NCBI GenBank assembly: GCA_964022095.1
Contig: CAXHZO010000002.1
Coordinates: forward strand, 256,001-320,000
DNA: 64,000 nt
Source of the DNA: an uncultured Arcobacteraceae bacterium
Lineage (GTDB): Bacteria > Campylobacterota > Campylobacteria > Campylobacterales > Arcobacteraceae
Reading direction: 5' to 3'
The notes beneath the pieces were generated by a model, which was not told the DNA's origin, did no database searches, and was given only the letters and a program-made list of their open reading frames with translations. The number at the start of each line of letters is the position of its first letter. Within the stretch, counting starts at the first letter, position 1. Positions 49,619-58,710 of the stretch are shown here, piece by piece. Made by a program: the position numbers and the translations under genes.

Positions 49619-50638
49619 TTATCCCATAGGATATAAAATATCATTTTGTATTTCTTCAATTTTTGACATTAATTCATCATCAATTTTAAAATCAAAAGCT
49701 GCAAGTGACTCATCAAGTTGAGAAAGCTTTCTAGCACCAATTATTGTAGAAGCTACAAAATCAAAATGTTTTGAATAAGCAACAGCAAGTGTAACAGGAG
49801 AGATACCATACTCTTTTGCTAATTGCATATACCTTTTAGTTGTTTCCATTGTTTTTTCATTTACAAACCTAGTAGCCATAGCCTGAACTCTTGGATTTTT
49901 ATTTGACATATAAGCTCCAAATCTAGAATCCTGTGGATAAAGTCCACCATTATATTTACCAGATAGCATACCACCTGCAATTGGTGAATATGGAAGAAGT
50001 GATATATTTTCTCTTCTACAAACATTTGCAAGTTCATCTAAAAATCTTGGATTATTTAATGAAAAATTATTTTGAATAGATTCAAATCTAGCTAAGTTAT
50101 TGTATTTTGAAACTTCATTTGCTTTTGTTAAACCATAAGCTGTATCGTTTGAAGTTCCTATATATCTAACTTTTCCTTCTTTAACTAGTTCATCAAAGGC
50201 TTTCATTGATTCTTCAATTGGTACAATTGTATCTGGCCAGTGCATTTGGTATAAATCAATATAATCTGTATCAAGTTTTTTCAAACTACCCTCAACTGCT
50301 TTTTTAATATGAAAAGAATCAATTGCAGTAAGTCCATGTCTAATTGGTGGTACAAACCATCCAGAAGCTGCCCCTGCTACTTTTGTTGCTAAGATGATAG
50401 ATTCTCTTGGTTTTGTTTTTAACCACTCCCCTACCCACTGTTCTGTTATTCCTGCCATATCTGCTTTTGGAGGTACAGGATAAAGCTCTGCTGTATCATA
50501 AAAGTTTATTCCTCTTTCATATGCTTTATCCATAATTTTAAATGCTTCTTCTTTAGAAGTTGTAGAACCAAAAGTCATTGTTCCCATACAAATAGAACTA
50601 ACTCTTAATCCACTTTTTCCTATATATCTAAAATCCAT
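49619..50638 (-). CDS. Aldo/keto reductase (Tas-like)
   Basis: GTMTFG, YDTAELYPVPP, LATK, DYIDLYQMHWP, YSPIAGG.LSGKY. Confidence 0.93.
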   Translation of the reverse strand: MDFRYIGKSGLRVSSICMGTMTFGSTTSKEEAFKIMDKAYERGINFYDTAELYPVPPKADMAGITEQWVGEWLKTKPRESIILATKVAGAASGWFVPPIRHGLTAIDSFHIKKAVEGSLKKLDTDYIDLYQMHWPDTIVPIEESMKAFDELVKEGKVRYIGTSNDTAYGLTKANEVSKYNNLARFESIQNNFSLNNPRFLDELANVCRRENISLLPYSPIAGGMLSGKYNGGLYPQDSRFGAYMSNKNPRVQAMATRFVNEKTMETTKRYMQLAKEYGISPVTLAVAYSKHFDFVASTIIGARKLSQLDESLAAFDFKIDDELMSKIEEIQNDILYPMG

Positions 50639-50707
50639 AATATAAATCCTTCAAATTTTTCTAAAGAGTTATTATAACTACTAAGAAGATTATTTACAAT
50701 AAAATAT

Positions 50708-51682
50708 TTACTCCATTATACAAATTTCTTTTTTTCTCATGTGAACAAATGTCTCTTTAGCTACTAATAAAACAACTATTGTTGTAATAGTAGTTAAAAT
50801 ATAAGCTAAAACTGAATAAACCCAAAAATGAGTTAAATCATACATTAATATTGCACTTAAAGTAACTGCAGCCATTGGGAAAGTAAATGCCCACCAAGAG
50901 ATAAAAAACTTAATATTTACAAAATTTTTATACATAATAAATACTAAAACTGTAAAGAAAATGCCAAGGTTAAATAAAATCTGTGCAAAAAAATCTAAAC
51001 TACCAGTTAGTTTTATATATGACACAAATCCAATAGCAGGTGGAGCTATAAGTATAAATAGTGTTGGCATAAATTTTGGTGCAAATTGATTATGAAATAT
51101 AATTCTATTTAAAATAATTGCAAATAATACTATCCAAAAGAAAATACCAATTGAATAGTAAAAATATAAAATTGAATTATCAATAAAACCAATTCCAGCT
51201 ATTGGAACTATTAAATTACCAACAATAGGAATAAACCAAGCAGGATTTGAGTGTTGCATTTCTAGATTATTGTTTATCCAAAATTTTACAGTGTAAAAAG
51301 TAAAGAATATATGTAAAACTGCACCAATTATAAAAAATATTTGTGATAGCTCAACTATATAATGTCTATATATAATTGACATTAAAAGTGTTGCAATAGA
51401 ACTTGCAGCAAAGAAGTTTATTCGTACTGGGTGTTTTAACTCTTTTTTAACTTCTTCTTTGTGCTTCATAATCTTTAAGATATAAAAAACTACAACTAAA
51501 AAATAAGCTATTGTTGTTCCTGATAACATAAGTGTCGCTATAATTGAAGGAAAAAAGAAAATTTCGTTCATTCTTTCATAAACTAGTGTTAGTCCAGCAA
51601 GCCCCATAATTGTTGCAAACATCATAATTGGAAAAAATTGTAATCTATCTGAAGGAATAGATTTTATAGTTTCATCTTGCAT
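50708..51682 (-). CDS. SLAC1/TehA (TDT) family anion channel
   Basis: About 10 TMs, HPVRINFF, NPAWFIP.VGN, PTLFILIAPPA, SWWAFTFP. Confidence 0.92.
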   Translation of the reverse strand: MQDETIKSIPSDRLQFFPIMMFATIMGLAGLTLVYERMNEIFFFPSIIATLMLSGTTIAYFLVVVFYILKIMKHKEEVKKELKHPVRINFFAASSIATLLMSIIYRHYIVELSQIFFIIGAVLHIFFTFYTVKFWINNNLEMQHSNPAWFIPIVGNLIVPIAGIGFIDNSILYFYYSIGIFFWIVLFAIILNRIIFHNQFAPKFMPTLFILIAPPAIGFVSYIKLTGSLDFFAQILFNLGIFFTVLVFIMYKNFVNIKFFISWWAFTFPMAAVTLSAILMYDLTHFWVYSVLAYILTTITTIVVLLVAKETFVHMRKKEICIME

Positions 51683-51738
51683 ATTTAAATCCTATAAAGT
51701 AAAATTATATATAATACTCAAAAAAATTGGACTAGGAA

Positions 51739-51945
51739 ATGGCAAAAAAATCAATTATTGACTTAAAAAAGATGAATCTATCTTTTGAAGATAGAAATCA
51801 AACAATAAAATTAATCACTTTTAAAACTTCAAATATGAGTTTAGATATTGAAATCTATGAAAATGATGAGTTTATTAAAAAATCAAATATGGTTTTTGCC
51901 CACTTGCCAAAGAAACTAAAAGCAAAGTTGAATCCATTTTTTTAA
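51739..51945 (+). CDS. Small hypothetical protein
   Basis: 68-aa ORF with GGA/AGGA upstream; basic C-terminal FAHLPKKLKAKLNP. Confidence 0.65.
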   Translation: MAKKSIIDLKKMNLSFEDRNQTIKLITFKTSNMSLDIEIYENDEFIKKSNMVFAHLPKKLKAKLNPFF

Positions 51946-52036
51946 ATATTTTTATAATTATATCTTATTTTAATTAAATAAGTATTACTTATAATATAAG
52001 TAAAAATTATAATTTTAAATCAAAAAAGGTAAACAA

Positions 52037-52657
52037 ATGAAATTAGCAGTTATCTCAAATATAAAATCAAATATCAATGCCCTTAAAGCAGTACTTCAAA
52101 GTATTAAAAATAATAATGTAGATGTAGTTATAAACCTAGGGGACTCTTTTTTAGGTGATATTGAACCAAGACAAACTTATGAGTTAATCAGAGAATCAAA
52201 CTTTATAAATCTTTGTGGTGATAAAGATAGATATATTTTAGAAGCTTCTTTAGCTCAATTACAAGAAGATAAAACTTTAAATTATACTTATAATGATCTG
52301 GGAGAAGATGTATTGTATTGGATTCAAGAATTACCATTTGAAAAGCTTATTGGGGAAGATTTCTATATGGTTCATGGAACATATTTTAATGATATGGATT
52401 CATTATTAGAAGAAGAAATAAATGGTAAAATTGTTTTAAGGGAAGAAAAAAAGATTTTAGAATTAACAGATAATATAAAATCTAAGTTTATCTTTTGCTC
52501 CAATACTTCACAAGCTAGATGTATAAACTTAAGTACTGGTCAAGTTGTAATTTCTGGAGGTTCTGTTCACAATGATGTTACAAATGAAGCTTCTTATGTG
52601 ATATTAGATATCAACGACAATGAATTTGAAATAAAACTAAATAAAGTACCTTTTTAG
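52037..52657 (+). CDS. Metallophosphoesterase-fold protein with degenerate metal ligands
   Basis: Motif positions align with the YfcE-like family (MK.AVIS, NLGD, VHG, GSV), but most ligand residues are substituted. Confidence 0.8.
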   Translation: MKLAVISNIKSNINALKAVLQSIKNNNVDVVINLGDSFLGDIEPRQTYELIRESNFINLCGDKDRYILEASLAQLQEDKTLNYTYNDLGEDVLYWIQELPFEKLIGEDFYMVHGTYFNDMDSLLEEEINGKIVLREEKKILELTDNIKSKFIFCSNTSQARCINLSTGQVVISGGSVHNDVTNEASYVILDINDNEFEIKLNKVPF

Positions 52658-53610
52658 TTTTTATTTCTTTTTATAAGTAAATATACAAAAAATGGTGCTC
52701 CAATAAATGCAGTTACAACTCCAATAGGTAAAGTTGAGTCAGTATTTAGATTTCTTGATATTAAATCAGAAAATACTAAAAATACTCCTCCATAAAAAAA
52801 CACTGGAAAAAATAGATTATGGGCACTTTGTTTATAAATTAACTTTATAATATGAGGAATAACAAGTCCTATAAAACCAATTGGTCCAACAAAACTAATA
52901 CTAACACCTACACAAAGAGAAGTTATGATTAGTAGGATTATATTTATTTTATTTACATTTAGGCCTTTTAAAAAGGCTGTATCATTACAGATTAAAAGAA
53001 TTTTTATGTCGTTTTTGTATTTTAAAATAGTTAGATAAAAAATAATACTTACAAATAACATGATAATACTATTTTCAAAACCAACAGTATCTAAACTACC
53101 AAGAGTAAATCTAACTATTGAAAAGTTCTCTTGCAAATTACTCATATAAAACACTAACATAAGAGCTGATGCATAAAAATATGATAATGCAATACCTGTA
53201 AGAAGTATAGAGTTTGTGGATACTGCAATTGTATTTTTATTTATCTGCTTTGAAATAAAATATAATATTAAAACTGTAATTATTGAGCCAACAACAGAAG
53301 AAAATGTCAAATAAATATAGGGGAAAAATACTATTCCAATAGCTGTAAAAAGTGTTGTACCACTTGCGATTCCAAGGGTATAGGGTGTTATAAGTTCATT
53401 TTTAAATATAATTTGAAAAATAAGACCTGAAAGTGCCAAAATCCCACCAACAAAAAATGCTAGTAAAACTCTAGGAACTCTAAGGTCCCATATAATTGTA
53501 TGAGTCATTGAATTGCTTTTAAATATATCACTTAGTGCTAAGTTTATTTCACCAAAAAATGGTGCTATTAGTAATATGATTGAGGCAAATATATATAAAG
53601 CTATTTTCAT
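52654..53610 (-). CDS. FecCD/BtuC family ABC permease
   Basis: LRVPRV, Q..F.N....PY.LG..SG, A...G, GPIGFIGLVIPH, LPIGVVTA.IGAPFF. Confidence 0.92.
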   Translation of the reverse strand: MKIALYIFASIILLIAPFFGEINLALSDIFKSNSMTHTIIWDLRVPRVLLAFFVGGILALSGLIFQIIFKNELITPYTLGIASGTTLFTAIGIVFFPYIYLTFSSVVGSIITVLILYFISKQINKNTIAVSTNSILLTGIALSYFYASALMLVFYMSNLQENFSIVRFTLGSLDTVGFENSIIMLFVSIIFYLTILKYKNDIKILLICNDTAFLKGLNVNKINIILLIITSLCVGVSISFVGPIGFIGLVIPHIIKLIYKQSAHNLFFPVFFYGGVFLVFSDLISRNLNTDSTLPIGVVTAFIGAPFFVYLLIKRNKN

Positions 53611-54305
53611 AAATTTACCACCAAATGATTATTGATTTTTTGAATTGATTCATTGTAGAATCTATTTAAATTTTTATTTTCAAAGAACTCCTCGTGTTTA
53701 CCGTAAAACTCTATTATTCCATCATTTAAAAACAGAACTTTAAATTTTAATGCATATGCTAAATCTAAATTATGTGTGATGATGATTTTTTGTTGTAGTA
53801 AATTAGAATTAAAAATATCATAAACCTCTTTTAGTCTATTTATATCTAAGTTTGCAGTAAGTTCATCAAAAATAGTAATCTTCGCATCATGGATAATCGC
53901 ACTTGCTAATAAAAGAAGTTGTTTCTCCCCTGAACTAAATGATCTACAAAACTTATTTTCTAATTTTTTAAGATTTAAAAACTTTATTACATCATCTAGT
54001 TTTTTGTTATCAATATTATTTATAAAAGATAGTTCTAAGAACTCTCTTAGTGTTATGTATTCATCAAAAATAGTAAGTTTTGGTGGAATATAGTTTATTA
54101 AAGAAGCTCTTTTAGAATAACTTAAATCATCAATATTCTCACCAAATAAGTTTACTTTGTCATTCTCAATTAGATTAGAAAGTACTTTTGCCAAAGTTGA
54201 CTTCCCTGCTCCATTTTGTCCAAGGATAATAAGATTTTCATTCTCTTTTAAAGAAAATGAAATTTCATGTAAAATTGAACTATTGTAATCTTTTATTTCT
54301 AACAT
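53607..54305 (-). CDS. ABC ATP-binding subunit (BtuD/FecE-like)
   Basis: GQNGAGKST Walker A, FSSGEKQ signature variant, IFDELTANLD, ITH. Confidence 0.9.
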   Translation of the reverse strand: MLEIKDYNSSILHEISFSLKENENLIILGQNGAGKSTLAKVLSNLIENDKVNLFGENIDDLSYSKRASLINYIPPKLTIFDEYITLREFLELSFINNIDNKKLDDVIKFLNLKKLENKFCRSFSSGEKQLLLLASAIIHDAKITIFDELTANLDINRLKEVYDIFNSNLLQQKIIITHNLDLAYALKFKVLFLNDGIIEFYGKHEEFFENKNLNRFYNESIQKINNHLVVNL

Positions 54306-55113
54306 CTTCTAATATCTTTCTAAAGTCTTTAATAAAATAGACAACTCTATGGGAAGGAATTCCTGCATACTCTTTGTCTATTGCATATATGTTGTTTTGT
54401 TTTGCTGCATTTATAGGTAGTTTCTTCCAGGCATTTTTAACTTCTTCTAACTCTTTTGGTTTTCCTTCGAAAAAAGCTCCAAGAAGTATTATTATATCTG
54501 GATTCATAGCTATTACTTTTTCAGCATTTACAACTGGTTGCATTGTAGATTTTGAATAGTAAGCATTTTTATTTTTTGATTCTTTTATAATATCTTCAAA
54601 ATATAAGTAATTCCCTGTTACATAGATTTGGTTTTTTAAATCTTTTTTTGGACTAATTACTATTAAGATTTTTTTATTTTCTATAATACCTTTTAGAGAA
54701 GTTAATTGCTTATCTATATTTATTACTAACTCTTTTGCTTTTTTCTCTTTTTGAAAAAAGATACCTAAATCCAAAATTGTATTTCTAATTTCATTTACTG
54801 TTGTAGTTTTATAGATTTTTGTTTTTATTCCTAGCTTTTCAAGATTTGAATTTAACTTTTCATCATAATTTTGACCAATTACAACTGTAGGATTTAATTT
54901 TATGATTTTTTCTAAAGAGATAGAGGAATAACCCCCTATTTTCTCTTTGTTTTTTGACTCAATTGGATAATCACAAAACATTGTATTAGCTATTACTTCA
55001 TTTCCTTTACCCAATGCAAATACTATTTCATTTACAGAAGGTGCTAGAGTAACTATTCTTTCAGTTGCAAAAAGCGATAAATTAAAAAGAACTAATAGTA
55101 ATAAACTTTTCAT
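54280..55113 (-). CDS. Periplasmic binding protein (BtuF-like)
   Basis: Signal peptide, ERIVTLAPS.NEI.FALG, CDYP, IGG....LEKII.L.P, E.V...NPD.II. Confidence 0.88.
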   Translation of the reverse strand: MKSLLLLVLFNLSLFATERIVTLAPSVNEIVFALGKGNEVIANTMFCDYPIESKNKEKIGGYSSISLEKIIKLNPTVVIGQNYDEKLNSNLEKLGIKTKIYKTTTVNEIRNTILDLGIFFQKEKKAKELVINIDKQLTSLKGIIENKKILIVISPKKDLKNQIYVTGNYLYFEDIIKESKNKNAYYSKSTMQPVVNAEKVIAMNPDIIILLGAFFEGKPKELEEVKNAWKKLPINAAKQNNIYAIDKEYAGIPSHRVVYFIKDFRKILEDVRNKRLQ

Positions 55114-56940
55114 CTAAAATGTTGCCTTAAATCCAATGTATGCACTTCTTGGAGCACTTGCATAGTTATTTACTGTTTGATAGTATTTATCAAATAAATT
55201 ATCTACTTTTAAGTATACAGATGTTTTTGTATTTATAGAATAATTAACTACAGAATTCCATACAGTATATTTTCCTGTTTGTGTATCGCTCAAATCTTCT
55301 CTACTTCCTATATATTTCCCATTAATATTAAAATGAAATTTTTTAATTCCATAATAATCAAGATTTAGTTTTAGTGTTTCTTTCGGAACTCTTAAAATTC
55401 TATTTGAATCTTTATCTTTTGCAATTAAATTCGTGTATGAAAGTGAAAGTAATGTATCTTTTACTATATCATTAGTATAATTAACTTCATAACCTCTTAA
55501 GTTTGATTCCCCTTTAGCATTTGAATAATAATCATCTGAATAATCACTAGGAGTTCCATTATCGTTATATTCTACTAAATCATCTATTTTATTCTTAAAA
55601 TATCTTACTTCTAAGTCTTTATACTCTACTGCTACATCAAAAGATTTAGTATATTCAGGTTTTAAATCGTTACCACCATCCTTACTTAATTGATATAAAG
55701 AAGGAGCTTTATACCCTGTTCCATAGTTTGATGAAAATATAAAATCATTTAAAGTATGTTTTAATCCAATTTTACCAGTGAACTTATTTTTAAAACTAGT
55801 ATACTTATCATATCTAATTGATTCAGTTAATACTGTATCTCCATTATTAAAGAAATTACTATTTGTTAAGAAAAATCCATTATTAGCATAATCGATTTCA
55901 TAATTTTTATCTTGATTAAACTCTTTTCTATCTAGTCCAATTATTAAAAAATCTTTATTTAGATAGTCAATTTTAGAGTTTAACCCATACTCTTTTATAT
56001 CCCCTCTATATAACGTTGTATATCCTGCAGGATATTCTCTTTTAAAATCAGATTTAGAAGCATATATATTTAGGTTATTAAAACTATCAATATGATTAAA
56101 ATTAATTTTTGAGAATTTACTTCTTGATTCAGAATTATATGTAGTGTTATTTGCTTGATCTAATATAGATGAACCAAAAGGACCTCCATCATATTCATTT
56201 TTTGTATGAATTAGTATATGTGATAAATCAATTTTATTTGAGTCATCTATATTATAACCTGCTTTTAAAGATAGAGATTCATTTTTATATGAATCATCTT
56301 CTAAAGAGTCTAAATCCACGCCTCTTGGTGCAAGTGATGAAAAGCCATCACTAGTTATTTTACTTGCGTTTATTTTTCCATAAAACTTGTCTTCTTTAAA
56401 AGATAAACCTAAGCCATATTTTCTAGTATTAAAACTTCCATATTCTGCATTAATAGCAGCTGCAAATCCATTTTTAGCTTTTTTAGTAATTATATTGATA
56501 ACACCAGCACTAGCATCCGCACCCCAAATACCAGATTGCGCTCCTTTGATTATTTCAATTCTTTCAATATCTGATACTAAAATATTTTCAGGAAACGCTG
56601 ATCCATTTGTAATGTCGTTATATCTTACTCCATCAATTAAAACTAAAACATTTGTATAATGCATACCATTAATTCTTATAAAAGAAGTTTGTCCAAGACC
56701 TCCATTTGATGTTATATCTATTCCTGCAATAGTATTTAAAGCTTCAGATACATTGGTGAAGTTTTTTTCTTCAATCTCTTCTTTTGAAATAACTTCGATA
56801 TTTGAAGTAACATCTTTAATTGATTGTTCTGATTTCGTAGCACTTGTAACAGTGATTTCGTCTAATTGGGCTTCATTTGATAGTAGGTTTGTTGCTAATA
56901 ATAAGCTTGCAACTAAGCTTGTAGATAATTTCTTGTTCAT
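55114..56940 (-). CDS. TonB-dependent outer-membrane receptor (BtuB-like)
   Basis: Signal peptide, EITVTSA TonB box, NGG.GQ.S..RI.G....VLVLIDGVR.ND plug, IERIEIIKG.QS..WG.DA..GVINIITK, VDNLFDK.Y, terminal F. Confidence 0.92.
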   Translation of the reverse strand: MNKKLSTSLVASLLLATNLLSNEAQLDEITVTSATKSEQSIKDVTSNIEVISKEEIEEKNFTNVSEALNTIAGIDITSNGGLGQTSFIRINGMHYTNVLVLIDGVRYNDITNGSAFPENILVSDIERIEIIKGAQSGIWGADASAGVINIITKKAKNGFAAAINAEYGSFNTRKYGLGLSFKEDKFYGKINASKITSDGFSSLAPRGVDLDSLEDDSYKNESLSLKAGYNIDDSNKIDLSHILIHTKNEYDGGPFGSSILDQANNTTYNSESRSKFSKINFNHIDSFNNLNIYASKSDFKREYPAGYTTLYRGDIKEYGLNSKIDYLNKDFLIIGLDRKEFNQDKNYEIDYANNGFFLTNSNFFNNGDTVLTESIRYDKYTSFKNKFTGKIGLKHTLNDFIFSSNYGTGYKAPSLYQLSKDGGNDLKPEYTKSFDVAVEYKDLEVRYFKNKIDDLVEYNDNGTPSDYSDDYYSNAKGESNLRGYEVNYTNDIVKDTLLSLSYTNLIAKDKDSNRILRVPKETLKLNLDYYGIKKFHFNINGKYIGSREDLSDTQTGKYTVWNSVVNYSINTKTSVYLKVDNLFDKYYQTVNNYASAPRSAYIGFKATF

Positions 56941-56961
56941 TAATTTATTTTCCTATTTTAT

Positions 56962-57147
56962 TTATATATTATTTGTTGAATACAGTTTGATTGGTTTTAA
57001 TACTTTTGATAATAAAAGTCTTGTGATTTTTGGTATATTTTTAGTGGTAATTGATTCAATCATACTAAAAAATGAATGCATTTTTCCATCCGCAGTTGCT
57101 GCTAAAATACCAAAAAGTGTGAAGTATTTTTTACATTTACTAATCAT
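56962..57147 (-). CDS. 61-aa leader/upstream ORF of the TonB receptor operon
   Basis: Very strong SD (AAGGAGGG at 57155-57162) 7 nt before ATG; the ORF fills the intergenic space and stops 21 nt before the receptor ATG. Confidence 0.65.
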   Translation of the reverse strand: MISKCKKYFTLFGILAATADGKMHSFFSMIESITTKNIPKITRLLLSKVLKPIKLYSTNNI

Positions 57148-57181
57148 TTATTAACCCTCCTTTTCAAAATTTTTGTTTTAA

Positions 57182-57892
57182 TTATATATGACAGTTTAAG
57201 ATAGTTTTAGTTGGATCAGCTAAATACTCATAACCTAAGTAAGCTATATAAAATCCAAATAAAATTACTAAAATCGATGCTACTTTTATAAATACATCTC
57301 TTAGATTTGTTTGTTTAAATAAACCAACAAAGAAACCAACAGAAAAAAGTGCTGGGATAGTACTTAGTCCAAATATAAACATCACAAATGCACCCCAAAA
57401 CATACTTCCTGTACTAGCAGCAGTAATAGCAAATACATAAACAAACCCACAAGGAAGAAGTCCGTTTAACATTCCAAGTAGATAAAAACTCATAAGTGAT
57501 TGAGAACCTAAAAGTGCTTTAAATGTATTTTGATAAAGTGGTGACTTAGAGCATGAATGCTCAATTTTAGTTAAAAACTTAACTTTACCAGTTAAAGATA
57601 ATCCTACTAATACCATTAAAAGTCCAGTAGTAATCAAAAAAATACCACTTGTAGTATTATCAAAACTAACTACACCACCAACTAATCCAAAAAGTGCACC
57701 TAAAATAGTATAAGTTGTAACTCTACCAAATGAGTATAAAAGATGAGCAATAGCTTGTGTTTGTTTGCTCCATTGAGATTTAATTTTTGTACTTGAATAT
57801 GCAACTACAATTCCACCACACATTCCAATACAGTGTCCAAAAGATCCTAAAAATGCAATTGTTATAATTGATATAATACTAATAGTTTCCAT
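57182..57892 (-). CDS. DsbD_2 / TauE-SafE-annotated membrane protein (metal-associated)
   Basis: GSFGHCIGMCGG and GLLPCGFVY motifs, 6-7 TMs, C-terminal CH. Confidence 0.88.
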   Translation of the reverse strand: METISIISIITIAFLGSFGHCIGMCGGIVVAYSSTKIKSQWSKQTQAIAHLLYSFGRVTTYTILGALFGLVGGVVSFDNTTSGIFLITTGLLMVLVGLSLTGKVKFLTKIEHSCSKSPLYQNTFKALLGSQSLMSFYLLGMLNGLLPCGFVYVFAITAASTGSMFWGAFVMFIFGLSTIPALFSVGFFVGLFKQTNLRDVFIKVASILVILFGFYIAYLGYEYLADPTKTILNCHI

Positions 57893-58395
57893 TAATTACC
57901 TAACAACTCTTTTTTAATATAAGGATTATTTAAATTCTCACCCCTTAGCATTTTGATATACATTTGATCATAAGATATAAAACCATCTTGTTTATTCTCA
58001 TATGCTCCAAATCCATATCCCATAGGTGTTTTATCTGTTTGGCTATACCAAGCAGTTCTTCCATCAATATATTTTTTTGTATCTTTTGTCATAACCCAAA
58101 TCTTTGCATTATCTTTGAAAGATTTGTTTTGTATCCAATTAACTAATCCACCATGATCATGGAAGAACCAAGTTTTACCATCAGGTGCTATAACTTGAGA
58201 TACGTAAGTCATATCATCTATTGTCATACCACAATCACTATCTTGATATTTACCTAATATTATTTGAAGTGGCTTTTGAGAGATATTACCCTCTTTTAAA
58301 ACAACCATTTGTTTTTTATTAGACATAGATAAAAATATTATAATTATTATTACTATTATTGTTAGTACTGTTAAAAAAGGTAAGATTTTTTTCAT
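57892..58395 (-). CDS. NosL-like membrane-anchored protein
   Basis: N-terminal TM, DSDCGM (CGM), FFHDHGG, IDG..AWY, TPMGYGF.A motifs resemble NosL; stop overlaps the next ATG (TAATG). Confidence 0.75.
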   Translation of the reverse strand: MKKILPFLTVLTIIVIIIIIFLSMSNKKQMVVLKEGNISQKPLQIILGKYQDSDCGMTIDDMTYVSQVIAPDGKTWFFHDHGGLVNWIQNKSFKDNAKIWVMTKDTKKYIDGRTAWYSQTDKTPMGYGFGAYENKQDGFISYDQMYIKMLRGENLNNPYIKKELLGN

Positions 58396-58460
58396 ATAAA
58401 CTCCAAGAGTGACATTATATTCTCTTGATTATAAATTTTCTATTACAGATGAGCATAAAT

Positions 58461-58489
58461 AAAAAAAGCTCCACATAAATGTGAAGCTT
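58461..58489 (-). terminator. Intrinsic terminator of the candidate sRNA
   Basis: Minus strand AAGCTTCACAT-TT-ATGTGGAGC followed by T7. The G-U wobble is valid only on minus. No CDS ends nearby. Confidence 0.75.
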
Positions 58490-58575
58490 ATTTTAATTCT
58501 ATTTCATAAAAAGTAATCATCATAGGTATCTAATTCGTATTTAGTAGTAGGAGAATGTAAAAGTAGATATCCTAT
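58461..58575 (-). ncRNA. Candidate small regulatory RNA (~115 nt)
   Basis: Minus TATAAT at 58583-58588; the predicted +1 (58575) is the first base of an 11-bp stem (58564-58575 with 58522-58532) whose loop carries UUCUCCUA. Ends in an intrinsic terminator. Confidence 0.6.
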
Positions 58576-58710
58576 AAATGTTATTATAATAGTAGATATT
58601 TTAAAGTTTTCTTAAATTAAGATACTTTTTGTCCTAATTTGTAAAATTTAATGTTATTTTATCAATATAATCATATAATCATTTATAAAAAATAAGAAGG
58701 AATATACTAT

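Noticed and set aside
56941-57181. Cobalamin riboswitch or Fur box upstream of the btuB-like gene
   Set aside because: No GGGAA/GCCACUG/B12-box elements or convincing Fur palindrome by eye; needs an Infernal scan to exclude fully.
4204-58146. Many 60-133-aa ORFs antisense to or overlapping real genes (e.g. 4204..4494, 9047..9244, 12218..12460, 21587..21901, 47407..47709, 56753..57154)
   Set aside because: They lie within well-supported genes, lack SDs or motifs, and show the composition of shadow frames.
58549-58560. Plus-strand AGGAG-A-ATG-TAA start-stop minigene, and a nearby minus-strand MMITFMK micro-ORF
   Set aside because: SD spacing of 1 nt is too short for the first and there is no SD for the second; promoter, wobble pairs and U-tail favour a minus-strand non-coding RNA.
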